A stretch of DNA of 64,000 nt from Candidatus Kaiserbacteria bacterium (lineage in GTDB: Bacteria > Patescibacteriota > Minisyncoccia > Phycocordibacterales > Phycocordibacteraceae): contig JAPLWH010000006.1 of assembly GCA_026396715.1 (NCBI GenBank), positions 42,850 to 106,849 on the forward strand, in the 5' to 3' direction. A program made the position numbers and the translations under genes. Under the pieces are notes generated by a model. The model did not search any database. It saw nothing but the letters and a program-made list of their open reading frames with translations, and had not been told where the DNA came from. Shown here piece after piece: positions 1-11,382 of the stretch (position 1 is its first letter; the number at the start of each line of letters is the position of its first letter).

Positions 1-18
1 TATTGCCGAAATTAATAA

Positions 19-597
19 TCAGATGACCTTGAACTCGCGGAAGACGGATGCGAAGCGGGAGATGGTGCGGCGTGCGAGCTCTGCGGAGAGATTGAATGCG
101 GAACCTTCGTGCGCGATCTGATTGCGCACCTTGTGCGCCTCCCACGCATCTTGGAGCGTACTGAAGCGCGACGGGTCGACTGACTTCAGTTTCTCGCCGA
201 TACCAACGCCCGTATACCCTTGCTGCGAGAGCACGTCGTCGAGCATGATGTCTGCCTCGATGATTGCCTCGCGCCACTCGCTCGCGCTCGCTCCCTCGGC
301 AAGCATCTCGATATGCTTCCAGCGCGCATGCACTTCCCTACTTGCTTCCGGCGTAAGCAGGAGCGTGCTGTAAAACTTCTCTTCACGCTCGCGCAAATCA
401 AAGAGACGCACCGTCACATAGATAATGATGAACAGCCCGAGAACGGAGAGTGCGTACCCGATGCCGATAATCCAGAGCCAGAGCTGCGCGAGCCATGCCG
501 AAAGTCCAGAAAGGGTGGTCGAGCCGTAGCAGGCGCCATGGAAGCATTCGTACAAAAGACGGAACCAGTATTCGACATTCATCTGACCTCCGAGCAT
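19..597 (-). CDS. Membrane-anchored hypothetical protein with HEPN-like RxxxxH motif
   Basis: 192-aa ORF with one TM segment (LWLWIIGIGYALSVLGLFIIIYV) and a C-terminal RNQIAH motif; TATACT lies just upstream of the ATG. Confidence 0.7.
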   Translation of the reverse strand: MLGGQMNVEYWFRLLYECFHGACYGSTTLSGLSAWLAQLWLWIIGIGYALSVLGLFIIIYVTVRLFDLREREEKFYSTLLLTPEASREVHARWKHIEMLAEGASASEWREAIIEADIMLDDVLSQQGYTGVGIGEKLKSVDPSRFSTLQDAWEAHKVRNQIAHEGSAFNLSAELARRTISRFASVFREFKVI

Positions 598-639
598 ATG
601 CTTCTAGTATAACCTGACGAAGGTATTTTTTTGAAAAAA

Positions 640-2067
640 CTACTGCGCTACCTGTACTGCGCTACCCGCTGCAAAGAGTATGTGCTCAGCCTGATGCGGC
701 GCCGTGAAGTGCATACCGATCGGCAACACTGTTCCCTCGCGAGCGACCGTACCCATGGGGACGGAAATCGCCGGCATACCAGTCAGGTTCGCGGTTACCG
801 TAAAGATATCTTCGAGATACATCGAGAGCGGGTCGCTCTTCTCGCCAAACTTGAATGCCGGGGAGAGCGTCGTCGGAAATGCGATGACGTCACATGATTC
901 AAATGCCTTGTCATATTCGCGGCGTAGCACCGCGCGGGCGGCATCCGCTTTGCGATAATACGCATCGATATAGCCGGAAGAGAGCACAAAAGTGCCAAGC
1001 AAGATGCGACGACGCGTCTCTTCTCCGAATCCCTCGGTGCGCGAGTCGATGTAATCATCGAGCAGGGTCGTCCCGCGTGCAGCGTGGCCGTAGCGGATGC
1101 CGTCGAGCCGCGCGAGATTCGTAGAAACCTCGGCGGGCATGATGATGTAATACGCCGCAAGCGCATGCGAGCTCGTCGGAAGCTCGATATCGATGAGAGT
1201 ATGGCCGGCCTCGGTAAGCTTGGCGAGTGTCGCATCGAAAGCGGCGAGCACGTCCGCACTCACGCCCTCAGCAAGCAAGTGCCGCGGAACCCCGATGCGA
1301 AGAGACTGCGGAAGTTTGCGCGTCTCATAGAGACCGTCCGAAATGGTGGTGGCATCGAGGATGTCTTTCCCGCGGATAGCTTCGTAGAGGATGCGCGCAT
1401 CTTCGACTGTTTTCGTGAGCGGACCGATCTGGTCGAGCGAAGAGCCCATCGCAATGAGCCCTGAACGAGAAACGGCGCCATAGGTCGGCTTCAAACCGAC
1501 AAGACCGGTCAATGCCGCTGGCTGACGGATGGAACCGCCCGTGTCTGAACCGAGAGCGGCGAGCGCGAGGTGCGCGGCTACCGCAGACGCAGAGCCGCCG
1601 GACGAGCCGCCGGGCACGCGCGAGGTATCAATCGGATTCAGCGTCCTACCGAACGCAGAGTGCTCGGTCGAAGAGCCCATGGCGAATTCATCCATATTGG
1701 TGCGCCCGAGGAAGAGAGCGCCTTGCGCCTTTAGTTTTGAAATAACGGTCGCGTCGTACGTCGCACGGTAGTTCTCGAGCATCTTTGACGCAGCGCTCGC
1801 GACCTTCCCTTCTATTAAAATATTGTCTTTGATCGCGAGCGGGATGCCGCAGAGAAGCGGCGCGTTTTCTCCCTCAGAGTCAATACGTTTTTGTGCAGCG
1901 GCAATCGCTGCATCATCGGCGGCAAAGACTTCCAGATATGCATTGAGTTCCGGATTCTTCTCCTCGATCGCTTTGATACAGGCGTCCCAGAGATCGCGTA
2001 CGGAAACCTCCCGCGCGCGAAGCGCGCGGGCTGCCTCGACTATCGTCAGCTCATTTAGTTTAGCCAT
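640..2067 (-). CDS. gatA: Glutamyl/aspartyl-tRNA amidotransferase subunit A
   Basis: Amidase signature GGSSGGS, GSDTGGSIRQPA, TNMDEFAMGSS, RRILLGTF. Confidence 0.97.
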   Translation of the reverse strand: MAKLNELTIVEAARALRAREVSVRDLWDACIKAIEEKNPELNAYLEVFAADDAAIAAAQKRIDSEGENAPLLCGIPLAIKDNILIEGKVASAASKMLENYRATYDATVISKLKAQGALFLGRTNMDEFAMGSSTEHSAFGRTLNPIDTSRVPGGSSGGSASAVAAHLALAALGSDTGGSIRQPAALTGLVGLKPTYGAVSRSGLIAMGSSLDQIGPLTKTVEDARILYEAIRGKDILDATTISDGLYETRKLPQSLRIGVPRHLLAEGVSADVLAAFDATLAKLTEAGHTLIDIELPTSSHALAAYYIIMPAEVSTNLARLDGIRYGHAARGTTLLDDYIDSRTEGFGEETRRRILLGTFVLSSGYIDAYYRKADAARAVLRREYDKAFESCDVIAFPTTLSPAFKFGEKSDPLSMYLEDIFTVTANLTGMPAISVPMGTVAREGTVLPIGMHFTAPHQAEHILFAAGSAVQVAQ

Positions 2068-2356
2068 GTTGAATGATCTGCTTTACCGACAACGCATCGC
2101 CTTCGCGCGCGGAGAACTGTGCCGCGAGTTTCTCGGTAAAGGCGCCCTGAGCGTGCGGCGCGCCGTCCTCGCGCATGACATTTCGCAATGCCTGCCCGCG
2201 CCGCAAGGCTTCGCCTTGCGGCGCTTCGACCGTCGAAATAGTATCGACGTACGCAAGTATCGCGTCGAATTCGCTCGTGAATTTCTCGAGCTCCGCGTCG
2301 GCGAGCTTGATCCGCGCGAGCGCTGCTAACTTCTTCACCTCCTCAGTCGTTGCCAT
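2060..2356 (-). CDS. gatC: Glutamyl/aspartyl-tRNA amidotransferase subunit C
   Basis: EEVKKLAALARI...ILAYVD...NVMRED; overlaps the gatA start; start moved to the ATG at 2356, which follows TAGAGT. Confidence 0.92.
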   Translation of the reverse strand: MATTEEVKKLAALARIKLADAELEKFTSEFDAILAYVDTISTVEAPQGEALRRGQALRNVMREDGAPHAQGAFTEKLAAQFSAREGDALSVKQIIQHG

Positions 2357-2369
2357 ATTTCGCACTCTA

Positions 2370-4385
<2,016 letters not shown>

Positions 4386-4427
4386 TCACTAGAACCCTGC
4401 TGAACCGCCGCGGGCGGCATTCTCGCA

Positions 4428-4922
4428 TTAGTAGCGGGCATTGAGACCGCGCGACACAAATCGTGCGCCGCTCGGCGCCGCCACTATCGCGCACGGAACG
4501 TCATAACCTTGCGAGAAAATATACGTCGATCCGACCGTAGCTACTACCGGCTTGTATACCGTGATGTCGGCACACCGCTTACCCGAGTCAAGCAAGAAGC
4601 GCGTCGTAGTAACCCACAGAGCCGCCGTGTGTGAAAGCGTTACCACCGAAACGGGCGCAGTCGCATCGCACATCATGACCGGCGCTGGCGCGGAAAGATT
4701 TTTATTGAAAGCGAAGGTGTTTAATTTTTGATCAGCATAGAGCGCGCATTCGAGCGCCGCATCAGCAACATAGAACGCATATTGCGATTCGATGGCCGAC
4801 GAAGCAAGCACCTGCTGCTTGTACCCGAGCGAACCGAGCGCAAGACCGAACGTGAGCATGACCGACATGAAAATGACGGCAATGAGGAGCGCAAACCCGC
4901 GTTGTTCTCTTTCTATTGCCAT
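4428..4922 (-). CDS. PilX-like minor pilin/pilus assembly protein
   Basis: RGFALLIAVIF prepilin-like N-terminus lacking E5, AFYVADAALECA; lies in the pilin cluster. Confidence 0.7.
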   Translation of the reverse strand: MAIEREQRGFALLIAVIFMSVMLTFGLALGSLGYKQQVLASSAIESQYAFYVADAALECALYADQKLNTFAFNKNLSAPAPVMMCDATAPVSVVTLSHTAALWVTTTRFLLDSGKRCADITVYKPVVATVGSTYIFSQGYDVPCAIVAAPSGARFVSRGLNARY

Positions 4923-5587
4923 GGCATGAGATGGTCATTGACCGTTACCGAATAGGAATTGTTGTGAAAACTCCACGATACGGTGGAGACGATACGTACA
5001 TCATTTGCCGAAACATCGACCGCCTGGATCGTGCGGGTATAGGGAGTCGGTACCGATCCCGCGATGCCGCTCTGCTCAGTGTAGATCCCGTTCGCCAGAT
5101 AGAGCGGCGCGCAGGACGCTCCCGAGCAGGGCTGGAGCGCGAAGCCGCTTCCGGAACCCATGCTCCGCGCCGGGTCAAGCGTGCAAGTCGCCGCGCGGCA
5201 CTGTGTGATAGATCCTGCGCTCGATCCGGTAAGAAAATCAGTCCATGCGGCGGTCGAGACGCCCGTGCCGCCCGCCTGATACGCAAGAAGATACTCATTG
5301 TCACGCATCGCGCGCGCGTACTCAATGCCCTCCTGAGCGAGATACGAAGCGGTCAGTTTCTGACGAGCCAGTTGCGCAGCGACGATCGCGCGACTCGCGG
5401 TAAACAGAGGCCCGGTAACCGCGAGCGTGACGATAGTGATAGCGACCATCGCCTCGATGAGAGTAAATCCGCAGAGCCGTGTTTGCTCCCTGCGCCCGTT
5501 CGCAAAAGAAAAAATAGAACTGCTCATTTGTCTCGCTTGCTTGGTAGTGAACCCCGCTGAAGGATGCATGGATTTTTTCATACTCAT
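4913..5587 (-). CDS. PilV-like minor pilin (prepilin N-methylation motif) with extended leader
   Basis: GFTLIEAMVAITI, ASYLAQEGIEYAR. Confidence 0.8.
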   Translation of the reverse strand: MSMKKSMHPSAGFTTKQARQMSSSIFSFANGRREQTRLCGFTLIEAMVAITIVTLAVTGPLFTASRAIVAAQLARQKLTASYLAQEGIEYARAMRDNEYLLAYQAGGTGVSTAAWTDFLTGSSAGSITQCRAATCTLDPARSMGSGSGFALQPCSGASCAPLYLANGIYTEQSGIAGSVPTPYTRTIQAVDVSANDVRIVSTVSWSFHNNSYSVTVNDHLMPWQ

Positions 5588-6105
5588 AGGTCGGAACCGC
5601 GCATGGTTGCTCCGGTCTGGACAGTAAAGGCTTCAGTCTTCCCGGGCCCCGAGGAGACCGTACCGGAAACGATGATGGTAACGCGCGACTGCTGATAGTC
5701 GCCTCGCCTCGCCGAGGGCGTGCCGAAAGAGTAAAACATGAGTGAAGAGATGGTTACCGATGCATCAGTAAGGGCGCGCTGGCTACCGCCCACCGTCTCT
5801 TGTATCGTCGATGCGGAAATGCCGTAGGAGACCGGCACTCCGTTCGCATTCGTGAATGAGAAGCTGCTGGCGCCTCCGGGACAGTCGCCGAGACCGCCGC
5901 AATCGTAGTTCGTGCCGGTACGGATATTGCGCGTCATCGCTTCGAGCGCGAATGAGAGGCTGTTGATGCCGGTCGTGATGCCTTGCGTCTGCCGGTTGGC
6001 GCCGATCATCATGAGATAGGCGCCCGAAGCGAGCAGCATGATAAGCGCGAACATTCCGACCGCGACGATGAGTTCGATGAGCGTATATCCTCGACGCATA
6101 GTCAT
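5584..6105 (-). CDS. PilW/PulJ-like minor pilin
   Basis: RGYTLIELIVAVG; start at 6105 gives an ATGA overlap with the upstream gene. Confidence 0.8.
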   Translation of the reverse strand: MTMRRGYTLIELIVAVGMFALIMLLASGAYLMMIGANRQTQGITTGINSLSFALEAMTRNIRTGTNYDCGGLGDCPGGASSFSFTNANGVPVSYGISASTIQETVGGSQRALTDASVTISSLMFYSFGTPSARRGDYQQSRVTIIVSGTVSSGPGKTEAFTVQTGATMRGSDL

Positions 6106-6752
6106 GGGCAGGAAGGCGCTTTCGCAGTTATCTCTCCCGACGCCGCGACTGAGATGAAACGGGTACCGCCTTGAGGCGAAGAGATGGTAAGGCACGCTTT
6201 CGTCCCTTGTATGTTTATGAACGGATCGGGATTCGGGCGCGCAAAGACAATATCGAGCGACGACAGCCCCCCGCCCTGCGCATAGGCGCACGACCAGCCG
6301 CCAAATGAGTAGGCGCAAAAATCGCTCACGATTATGTTATTCCCCAACACATAGTCCATGACTTTTTCTCCCGGATCATACGTGCAGTTGCCGGACTTCG
6401 CGTCGGGAGCACTTGCACCGGCGGCGGGCAGTCCGTGACAGTTCGAAGCGTTCGGGCCGGGAGACGTGTCGGCAAAGAGCGTAAATGACCCGGGTGATAT
6501 CTTCTGAAAATTAAGACCGTACCCTGCGCTCGTTACCCCGTTGACCGCTCGGCCGGCGAGCCCATAGGTTTCGGCTGAACGCAGCGAGAGCGCGATGTCG
6601 TATGCGGTATTCGCGAGGATGATCGTCTTATTGAAAGAACTCTGACTGGAGAGCGTGACCGTCGTTATGGTAACGATGATCGCCAGCACGACCATAAGCT
6701 CGGTCAGCGTGAATCCGGACACTAAGCCGCGACGAAGATGAAAGGATTCCAT
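6102..6752 (-). CDS. FimT/GspH-like minor pilin
   Basis: SGFTLTELMVVLAII, IALSLRSAETY. Confidence 0.8.
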   Translation of the reverse strand: MESFHLRRGLVSGFTLTELMVVLAIIVTITTVTLSSQSSFNKTIILANTAYDIALSLRSAETYGLAGRAVNGVTSAGYGLNFQKISPGSFTLFADTSPGPNASNCHGLPAAGASAPDAKSGNCTYDPGEKVMDYVLGNNIIVSDFCAYSFGGWSCAYAQGGGLSSLDIVFARPNPDPFINIQGTKACLTISSPQGGTRFISVAASGEITAKAPSCP

Positions 6753-7480
6753 TGGGTAAAATAAGCGAGGAGAAAACCGGCGGCCAAAAAAGGCGCGAAC
6801 GGCACCTCAACCCCCATTCTAGAGCCTATGGGCCTCTGCGCCAACATGATTATCCCAACCAGAGATCCTATCCAGAACGAGAAGACAAATCCGGGGAACG
6901 CTGCGGGGCCGACGAGCAGGGCGAGACCGAAAGAAAGTGGAGCGTCCGCGAAGCCCATAGCGCGACCGCCGGATATGAAATGAATGAGTGCAAGACTGGC
7001 CGCAATAAGAAGTGCGGGAAAGAGCGTCGCAGAGAATGCGGCGAGTGATGGCGCGAGCAGGTATCCGGTTACTGCACTGGCCGCTATGAATGCGGCGAGG
7101 AGCCGGGACGGCAATATCTGGTGTGCAAGGTCGTAGAGGACGAGCGCCAGGATGAGAGAGATTGAAAGAAGCATGAATGGAAGCGCCGGGTCGAGACCGA
7201 GCACAGCGTATGCGAGCATGAAGAGGCCCCCCAAGAAAAGTTCGGTAAGGGGCGCAAGAGGCGACAGTCGCGCGCCGCAGCACTGCGCACAGGCGTGCGA
7301 TGCGACATACGAGATGATCGGCACAAGTGCGAAAGGCGAAAGCACCCTGCCGCATGCATCGCAGCGGGAGCGTCCGACAAGGATGCTCTGTCCGGTATTG
7401 AGACGCGCAACGATGACTCCCACGAAGCTCGCGTTGATTGCACCGAGTACGAACAGCACGAGCGCGATCGGGAAAAACAT
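6722..7480 (-). CDS. pilD: Prepilin peptidase
   Basis: RSRCDAC...C..C zinc motif, LYDLAHQILP, MGFAD, VPFAPFL; multiple TM segments. Confidence 0.9.
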   Translation of the reverse strand: MFFPIALVLFVLGAINASFVGVIVARLNTGQSILVGRSRCDACGRVLSPFALVPIISYVASHACAQCCGARLSPLAPLTELFLGGLFMLAYAVLGLDPALPFMLLSISLILALVLYDLAHQILPSRLLAAFIAASAVTGYLLAPSLAAFSATLFPALLIAASLALIHFISGGRAMGFADAPLSFGLALLVGPAAFPGFVFSFWIGSLVGIIMLAQRPIGSRMGVEVPFAPFLAAGFLLAYFTQWNPFIFVAA

Positions 7481-7491
7481 GAAAGCATCAT

Positions 7492-7525
7492 AGCAGAAAC
7501 CCGCGGCAAGCCGCGGGTTTCTGCT
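7492..7525 (-). terminator. Intrinsic terminator after the major pilins
   Basis: 16-bp inverted repeat AGCAGAAACCCGCGGC/GCCGCGGGTTTCTGCT. Confidence 0.75.
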
Positions 7526-7546
7526 TCAAAAGAAGTATTCTCTGAA

Positions 7547-8032
7547 CTAGAGCGAGGTTGTGCACGAGCACGAAGTACTAGCCAATGAGGTAATGCCGCA
7601 ATGGCTGCCCTTGCTATCGACACACCAATATGTGGAATTGACGGTTTCCGGCCGCGATACCGCCGCTGCATATTCTGAACCGTTTGAAACGCATAAGGTA
7701 GCGCCGCCAGTGCCTGCGTCGACGAGCGCTGAAGCGATCGCTTTCACAATGGTCCCATCAAGGAAGACGGAACCGGTGCCGGAGGTCGTCGGGCATGACC
7801 CCGGCGTATTTGCCGTGCCGTTGTTGAACGTGCCGTAGGAATTGCTGTTGTCCGAAAGATAGAGCGCCGCCTGAGTGCCGACGGTGTTGAGATTCGCCTT
7901 CACGCCGGCGTCATTCCCTTTCGTGCGTGCCGTATTGAGGGAGGCGAGCACGACCGATGAGAGGATGCCGATGATGGCGATGACGACGAGAAGTTCGATG
8001 AGCGTGAACCCGCGCGAGAAGTTTTTATTCAT
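7547..8032 (-). CDS. Type IV major pilin-like protein (copy 2)
   Basis: RGFTLIELLVVIAIIGILSSVVLASL; C-terminal Cys residues, WCVDS. Confidence 0.9.
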   Translation of the reverse strand: MNKNFSRGFTLIELLVVIAIIGILSSVVLASLNTARTKGNDAGVKANLNTVGTQAALYLSDNSNSYGTFNNGTANTPGSCPTTSGTGSVFLDGTIVKAIASALVDAGTGGATLCVSNGSEYAAAVSRPETVNSTYWCVDSKGSHCGITSLASTSCSCTTSL

Positions 8033-8038
8033 AGGAGA

Positions 8039-8506
8039 TTAGTTTGAAGCCGGGCAGACCGTAGCTGTACCGAGAGGGGTCGTGCTCTTTGAAGAACCTC
8101 CGGTCGAATCGACGCACCAGCTGCGCGTTTCAGAAGACAGCGGCGACGCGACTGCGTACGCGGTCGCGCTTGAATTACAGACGACAGTGGTGCCGGAACC
8201 GTTTGCGATCTCAGCGGCTTCAATCGCCTTCTTTATGGTCGTATCAGTGGTAAACATGGTGGTAGCAACGGTACAGGAACCAGTTGCGCTGGCATTATTA
8301 CCATAAGAATTATTACCGACGGAACCGCCATAGTAAATCTCTGCCTGGGTCTGGATGGTCGAGAGGTCGGACTGGATAGCGGCGTCATTGCCCTTGGAGC
8401 GAGCCGTGTTGAGAGAGGCGAGCACGACCGCTGAGAGGATACCGATGATGGCGATGACGACGAGAAGTTCGATGAGCGTAAAACCTCGGGAACTATTTTT
8501 GTACAT
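8039..8506 (-). CDS. Type IV major pilin-like protein (copy 1)
   Basis: RGFTLIELLVVIAIIGILSAVVLASL; WCVDS. Confidence 0.9.
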   Translation of the reverse strand: MYKNSSRGFTLIELLVVIAIIGILSAVVLASLNTARSKGNDAAIQSDLSTIQTQAEIYYGGSVGNNSYGNNASATGSCTVATTMFTTDTTIKKAIEAAEIANGSGTTVVCNSSATAYAVASPLSSETRSWCVDSTGGSSKSTTPLGTATVCPASN

Positions 8507-8591
8507 AAAATATTGTATACGGTTAATGGATTGATTGTACGCCTAGAAGGGCTCTAATAAAAGCAAGGGTGTGGATAGCCCTCTGCTGCAG

Positions 8592-9797
8592 CTAGATGGA
8601 GCCTGCAAGATTATAAATCGGAAGCAGGATCGCCGCGAGCAATACGCCGACGCCGAGACCGAGGAGCACGACCATGGCCGGCTCGATGAGGCTGACGAGT
8701 GTGTCGACCGAATTCGTCACTTCGCGGTTATAGAATTTGGCGAGCGTCGTGAGTATCTTGCCGAGTTCACCGGTCTCCTCGCCGACTTTCGTCATAGCGA
8801 CCATGATGCCCTGTATCTCCGGATGCTTACCAAGAGAGTCGGAAATAGAGGCGCCTCCTTTTACGTCTGAACCGACCTCGGCGAGGATCGCCGCGTAGAC
8901 GGAATTCCCCACAACCGAACCCGCAATCTCAATCGTCTCGACGACCGAGACGCCCGAAAGGAGCATCGTCGCGAGATTGTCCGCAATGCGAGAAAGATAC
9001 AGCTTCTTATAAAGGTCGCCGATGTAGGGAACACTAAGCTTCACTCCATCTAGTACGAGCCTTCCACGTTCAGTCTGCCCCAACCTCCACAGATAAAAGA
9101 TGCCTGCCGCAAACGCAATGAACAAGAAGATGCCGTACTGCACGAGAAAATTCGAGAAGCCGATGATGATGCGAGTATAGATTGGGATCTCCTGACCTGA
9201 ATCAAGCAAGACGGCGCTAATCTTCGGAATGACGAGCGTGAGCATAAGCGCCATTACGCCGATGAAGACCACGACGACGAAAAGTGGATAGATGAGCGCG
9301 TTCTCGGCCTTACTGACCAAGTCGTAAGAACGATCGAGATAATCGGCAAGATAATTGAATGTTTCTGACAATTTTCCCGACTCTTCTCCCGCCCGAACCA
9401 TATTCACATAGAACACCGTAAAGACTTTCGGATGACGTGAAAGCGCCTTACTGATAGGACTTCCACTCTGAAGGTCGTCTCCCACGACAGAAAGAACGTT
9501 CGCAAGTGTCTTACTCTCGACCTCGGCAGCAAGAAGACGGAAGATTCTGAGGGCGGACACTTGCGCCTCAAAGAGAGTGGCTATCTGGCGTGACAGAATG
9601 ACAACATCTTTGTTGGATACCCTACTTAAAAATGCCAGACCAAGATCAAACAATGCGTGTTTTTCGGTAGATTCGATTACCGAGACAATGAGATTGCGCC
9701 GCTGCAGCGCGGTAACCGCAGTTTCCTGTGACGGAGCCTCGATAGTTCCGTCGCGCTCGTGCCCATCCTGATCGATAGCATGATAGGTAAAAAGCAT
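8592..9797 (-). CDS. pilC: Type IV pilus platform protein PilC/GspF
   Basis: YVNMVRAGEESGKL, VGEETGEL, LIEP; three TM segments. Confidence 0.93.
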   Translation of the reverse strand: MLFTYHAIDQDGHERDGTIEAPSQETAVTALQRRNLIVSVIESTEKHALFDLGLAFLSRVSNKDVVILSRQIATLFEAQVSALRIFRLLAAEVESKTLANVLSVVGDDLQSGSPISKALSRHPKVFTVFYVNMVRAGEESGKLSETFNYLADYLDRSYDLVSKAENALIYPLFVVVVFIGVMALMLTLVIPKISAVLLDSGQEIPIYTRIIIGFSNFLVQYGIFLFIAFAAGIFYLWRLGQTERGRLVLDGVKLSVPYIGDLYKKLYLSRIADNLATMLLSGVSVVETIEIAGSVVGNSVYAAILAEVGSDVKGGASISDSLGKHPEIQGIMVAMTKVGEETGELGKILTTLAKFYNREVTNSVDTLVSLIEPAMVVLLGLGVGVLLAAILLPIYNLAGSI

Positions 9798-9800
9798 ACG

Positions 9801-10862
9801 TTATAGATAGCGCTCGAAAGTCTTCGAATCCAACGAATGCTCATACGCATGCTCGACTGTTATTTCTCCTCGATGCACAAGGTCAGCGAGCGAACGATCC
9901 ATATCGATCATACCCTCCTGCGACGACGTCTGAATTACTGAGCTTATTTCATGCGTCCGCGCGTCGCGAATAAGCGTGCTGACCGCATTATTATTAATAA
10001 GAAGCTCATACGCCGGAATAAGCCCTCCTGAGACGCGCGGAATGAGTCGCTGCGAAAAGATACCGATAAGCGAACCAGCGAGCTGTACGCGCACTTGCGC
10101 CTGCTGCTCAGAGGGGAACATGTCAATGATACGGTCGATGGTCTGTGCGGCATTGTTGGTATGGAGCGTCGAGAGGACGAGGTGTCCGGTCTCGGCAGCG
10201 GTTACCGCTGAAGAAATGGTTTCGTAGTCGCGCATCTCGCCGACCATGATCACGTCCACATCTTCGCGAAACGCACTCTGAAGCGCTGTATGAAAATCGG
10301 ACGTGTCGATATGCACCTCGCGTTGATGGATGAGTGATTTTTTCGGCGTGAAGAGATACTCGACCGGATCCTCGATGGTAAGGATGTGCTCCGCGCGCGT
10401 GTCATTGACCCGATCGATCATCGCGGCGAGCGTCGTCGACTTGCCCTGCCCTACCGGCCCGACGACAAGGAAGAAGCCCTGTTCGCGTTGCGTGAACACT
10501 TCGAGGATTGGCGGGAGATTGAGTTCGGTAAAAGTATGAATGGTGCGTGGGATGAGCCGAAGTGCGAGCGCCGTCGTTCCCTGCACACGATAGCCATTGA
10601 TACGGAATCGTATATCCGCTTTGTGCGCATAAGAAAGGTCGATCGTCTGATTCTCTTGGAACGAACCCCAACGGCTCTCGGGCACGATACTCCGCAACAT
10701 GTCCTCTGTTTCCGTTTCCGTCAGTGCCGGATACTTGGTGAGCGGAATGAGCGCTCCGGAAACACGAATCATCGGCGACCCGCCCGCAAAAAGATGGAGG
10801 TCCGACCCACCCTCTTTGACGACGAGATCGAGCAATTCTGCAAGGTTGGTGTTAATGGTCAT
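9801..10862 (-). CDS. pilT: Type IV pilus retraction ATPase
   Basis: SDLH, GPVGQGKSTT, TIEDPVEY, GEMRD, AETGHLVLSTLHT. Confidence 0.95.
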   Translation of the reverse strand: MTINTNLAELLDLVVKEGGSDLHLFAGGSPMIRVSGALIPLTKYPALTETETEDMLRSIVPESRWGSFQENQTIDLSYAHKADIRFRINGYRVQGTTALALRLIPRTIHTFTELNLPPILEVFTQREQGFFLVVGPVGQGKSTTLAAMIDRVNDTRAEHILTIEDPVEYLFTPKKSLIHQREVHIDTSDFHTALQSAFREDVDVIMVGEMRDYETISSAVTAAETGHLVLSTLHTNNAAQTIDRIIDMFPSEQQAQVRVQLAGSLIGIFSQRLIPRVSGGLIPAYELLINNNAVSTLIRDARTHEISSVIQTSSQEGMIDMDRSLADLVHRGEITVEHAYEHSLDSKTFERYL

Positions 10863-10865
10863 ATA

Positions 10866-11258
10866 TCAATTTGATTTCCCTGCTTCGATAATGCGCATGG
10901 TTTCAGCGAATACTTCAGACGGGATTGCAGATGCCTTTATGATGTAGCCGTCGACCGCGAACTGTTTCGCTTTCTCGATATCGGAATCCTGACCCTGATT
11001 CGAGAGGATGATGATCTTTGAACCCTTTGCGAGCTGCTCCTTCCGTATCGCCTCAAGCGTTCCGAAGCCACCCATGCCAGGCATGATGATGTCGATAAGA
11101 ATTGCCTCCGGCACAAGAGCGCCTTCTTTTCGAAGAGTCACAAGGAGATCCTCGCCGCTCCCGAAGGCACTGACTTCGTGACCGGCATTTTTGAACTTGA
11201 CCGCGTAGAGATCGAGAAGGAATCGGTCATCGTCAACAAGATAGATATGGTAGGCCAT
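10866..11258 (-). CDS. Single-domain response regulator
   Basis: VDDD...IDIIMPGMGG...LSN...YIIK receiver motifs; start taken at the ATG after TATACT. Confidence 0.88.
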   Translation of the reverse strand: MAYHIYLVDDDRFLLDLYAVKFKNAGHEVSAFGSGEDLLVTLRKEGALVPEAILIDIIMPGMGGFGTLEAIRKEQLAKGSKIIILSNQGQDSDIEKAKQFAVDGYIIKASAIPSEVFAETMRIIEAGKSN

Positions 11259-11382
11259 TGTTGGATAGTATACCCCGTTAGGATATAAACCCTCTCTCAT
11301 CTAACCCACTCATTGTGGACAGTACAAAAATACCGGCAACGTATCCAAAAATAGAATATCTTACCGAGTCCGCCCCGCGCTC

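Noticed and set aside
11273-11308. Sixth IR-element copy upstream of the response regulator
   Set aside because: Only one end matches well (CCCCGTTAGG...TCTAACCC). It is mentioned as degenerate and not listed as a feature.
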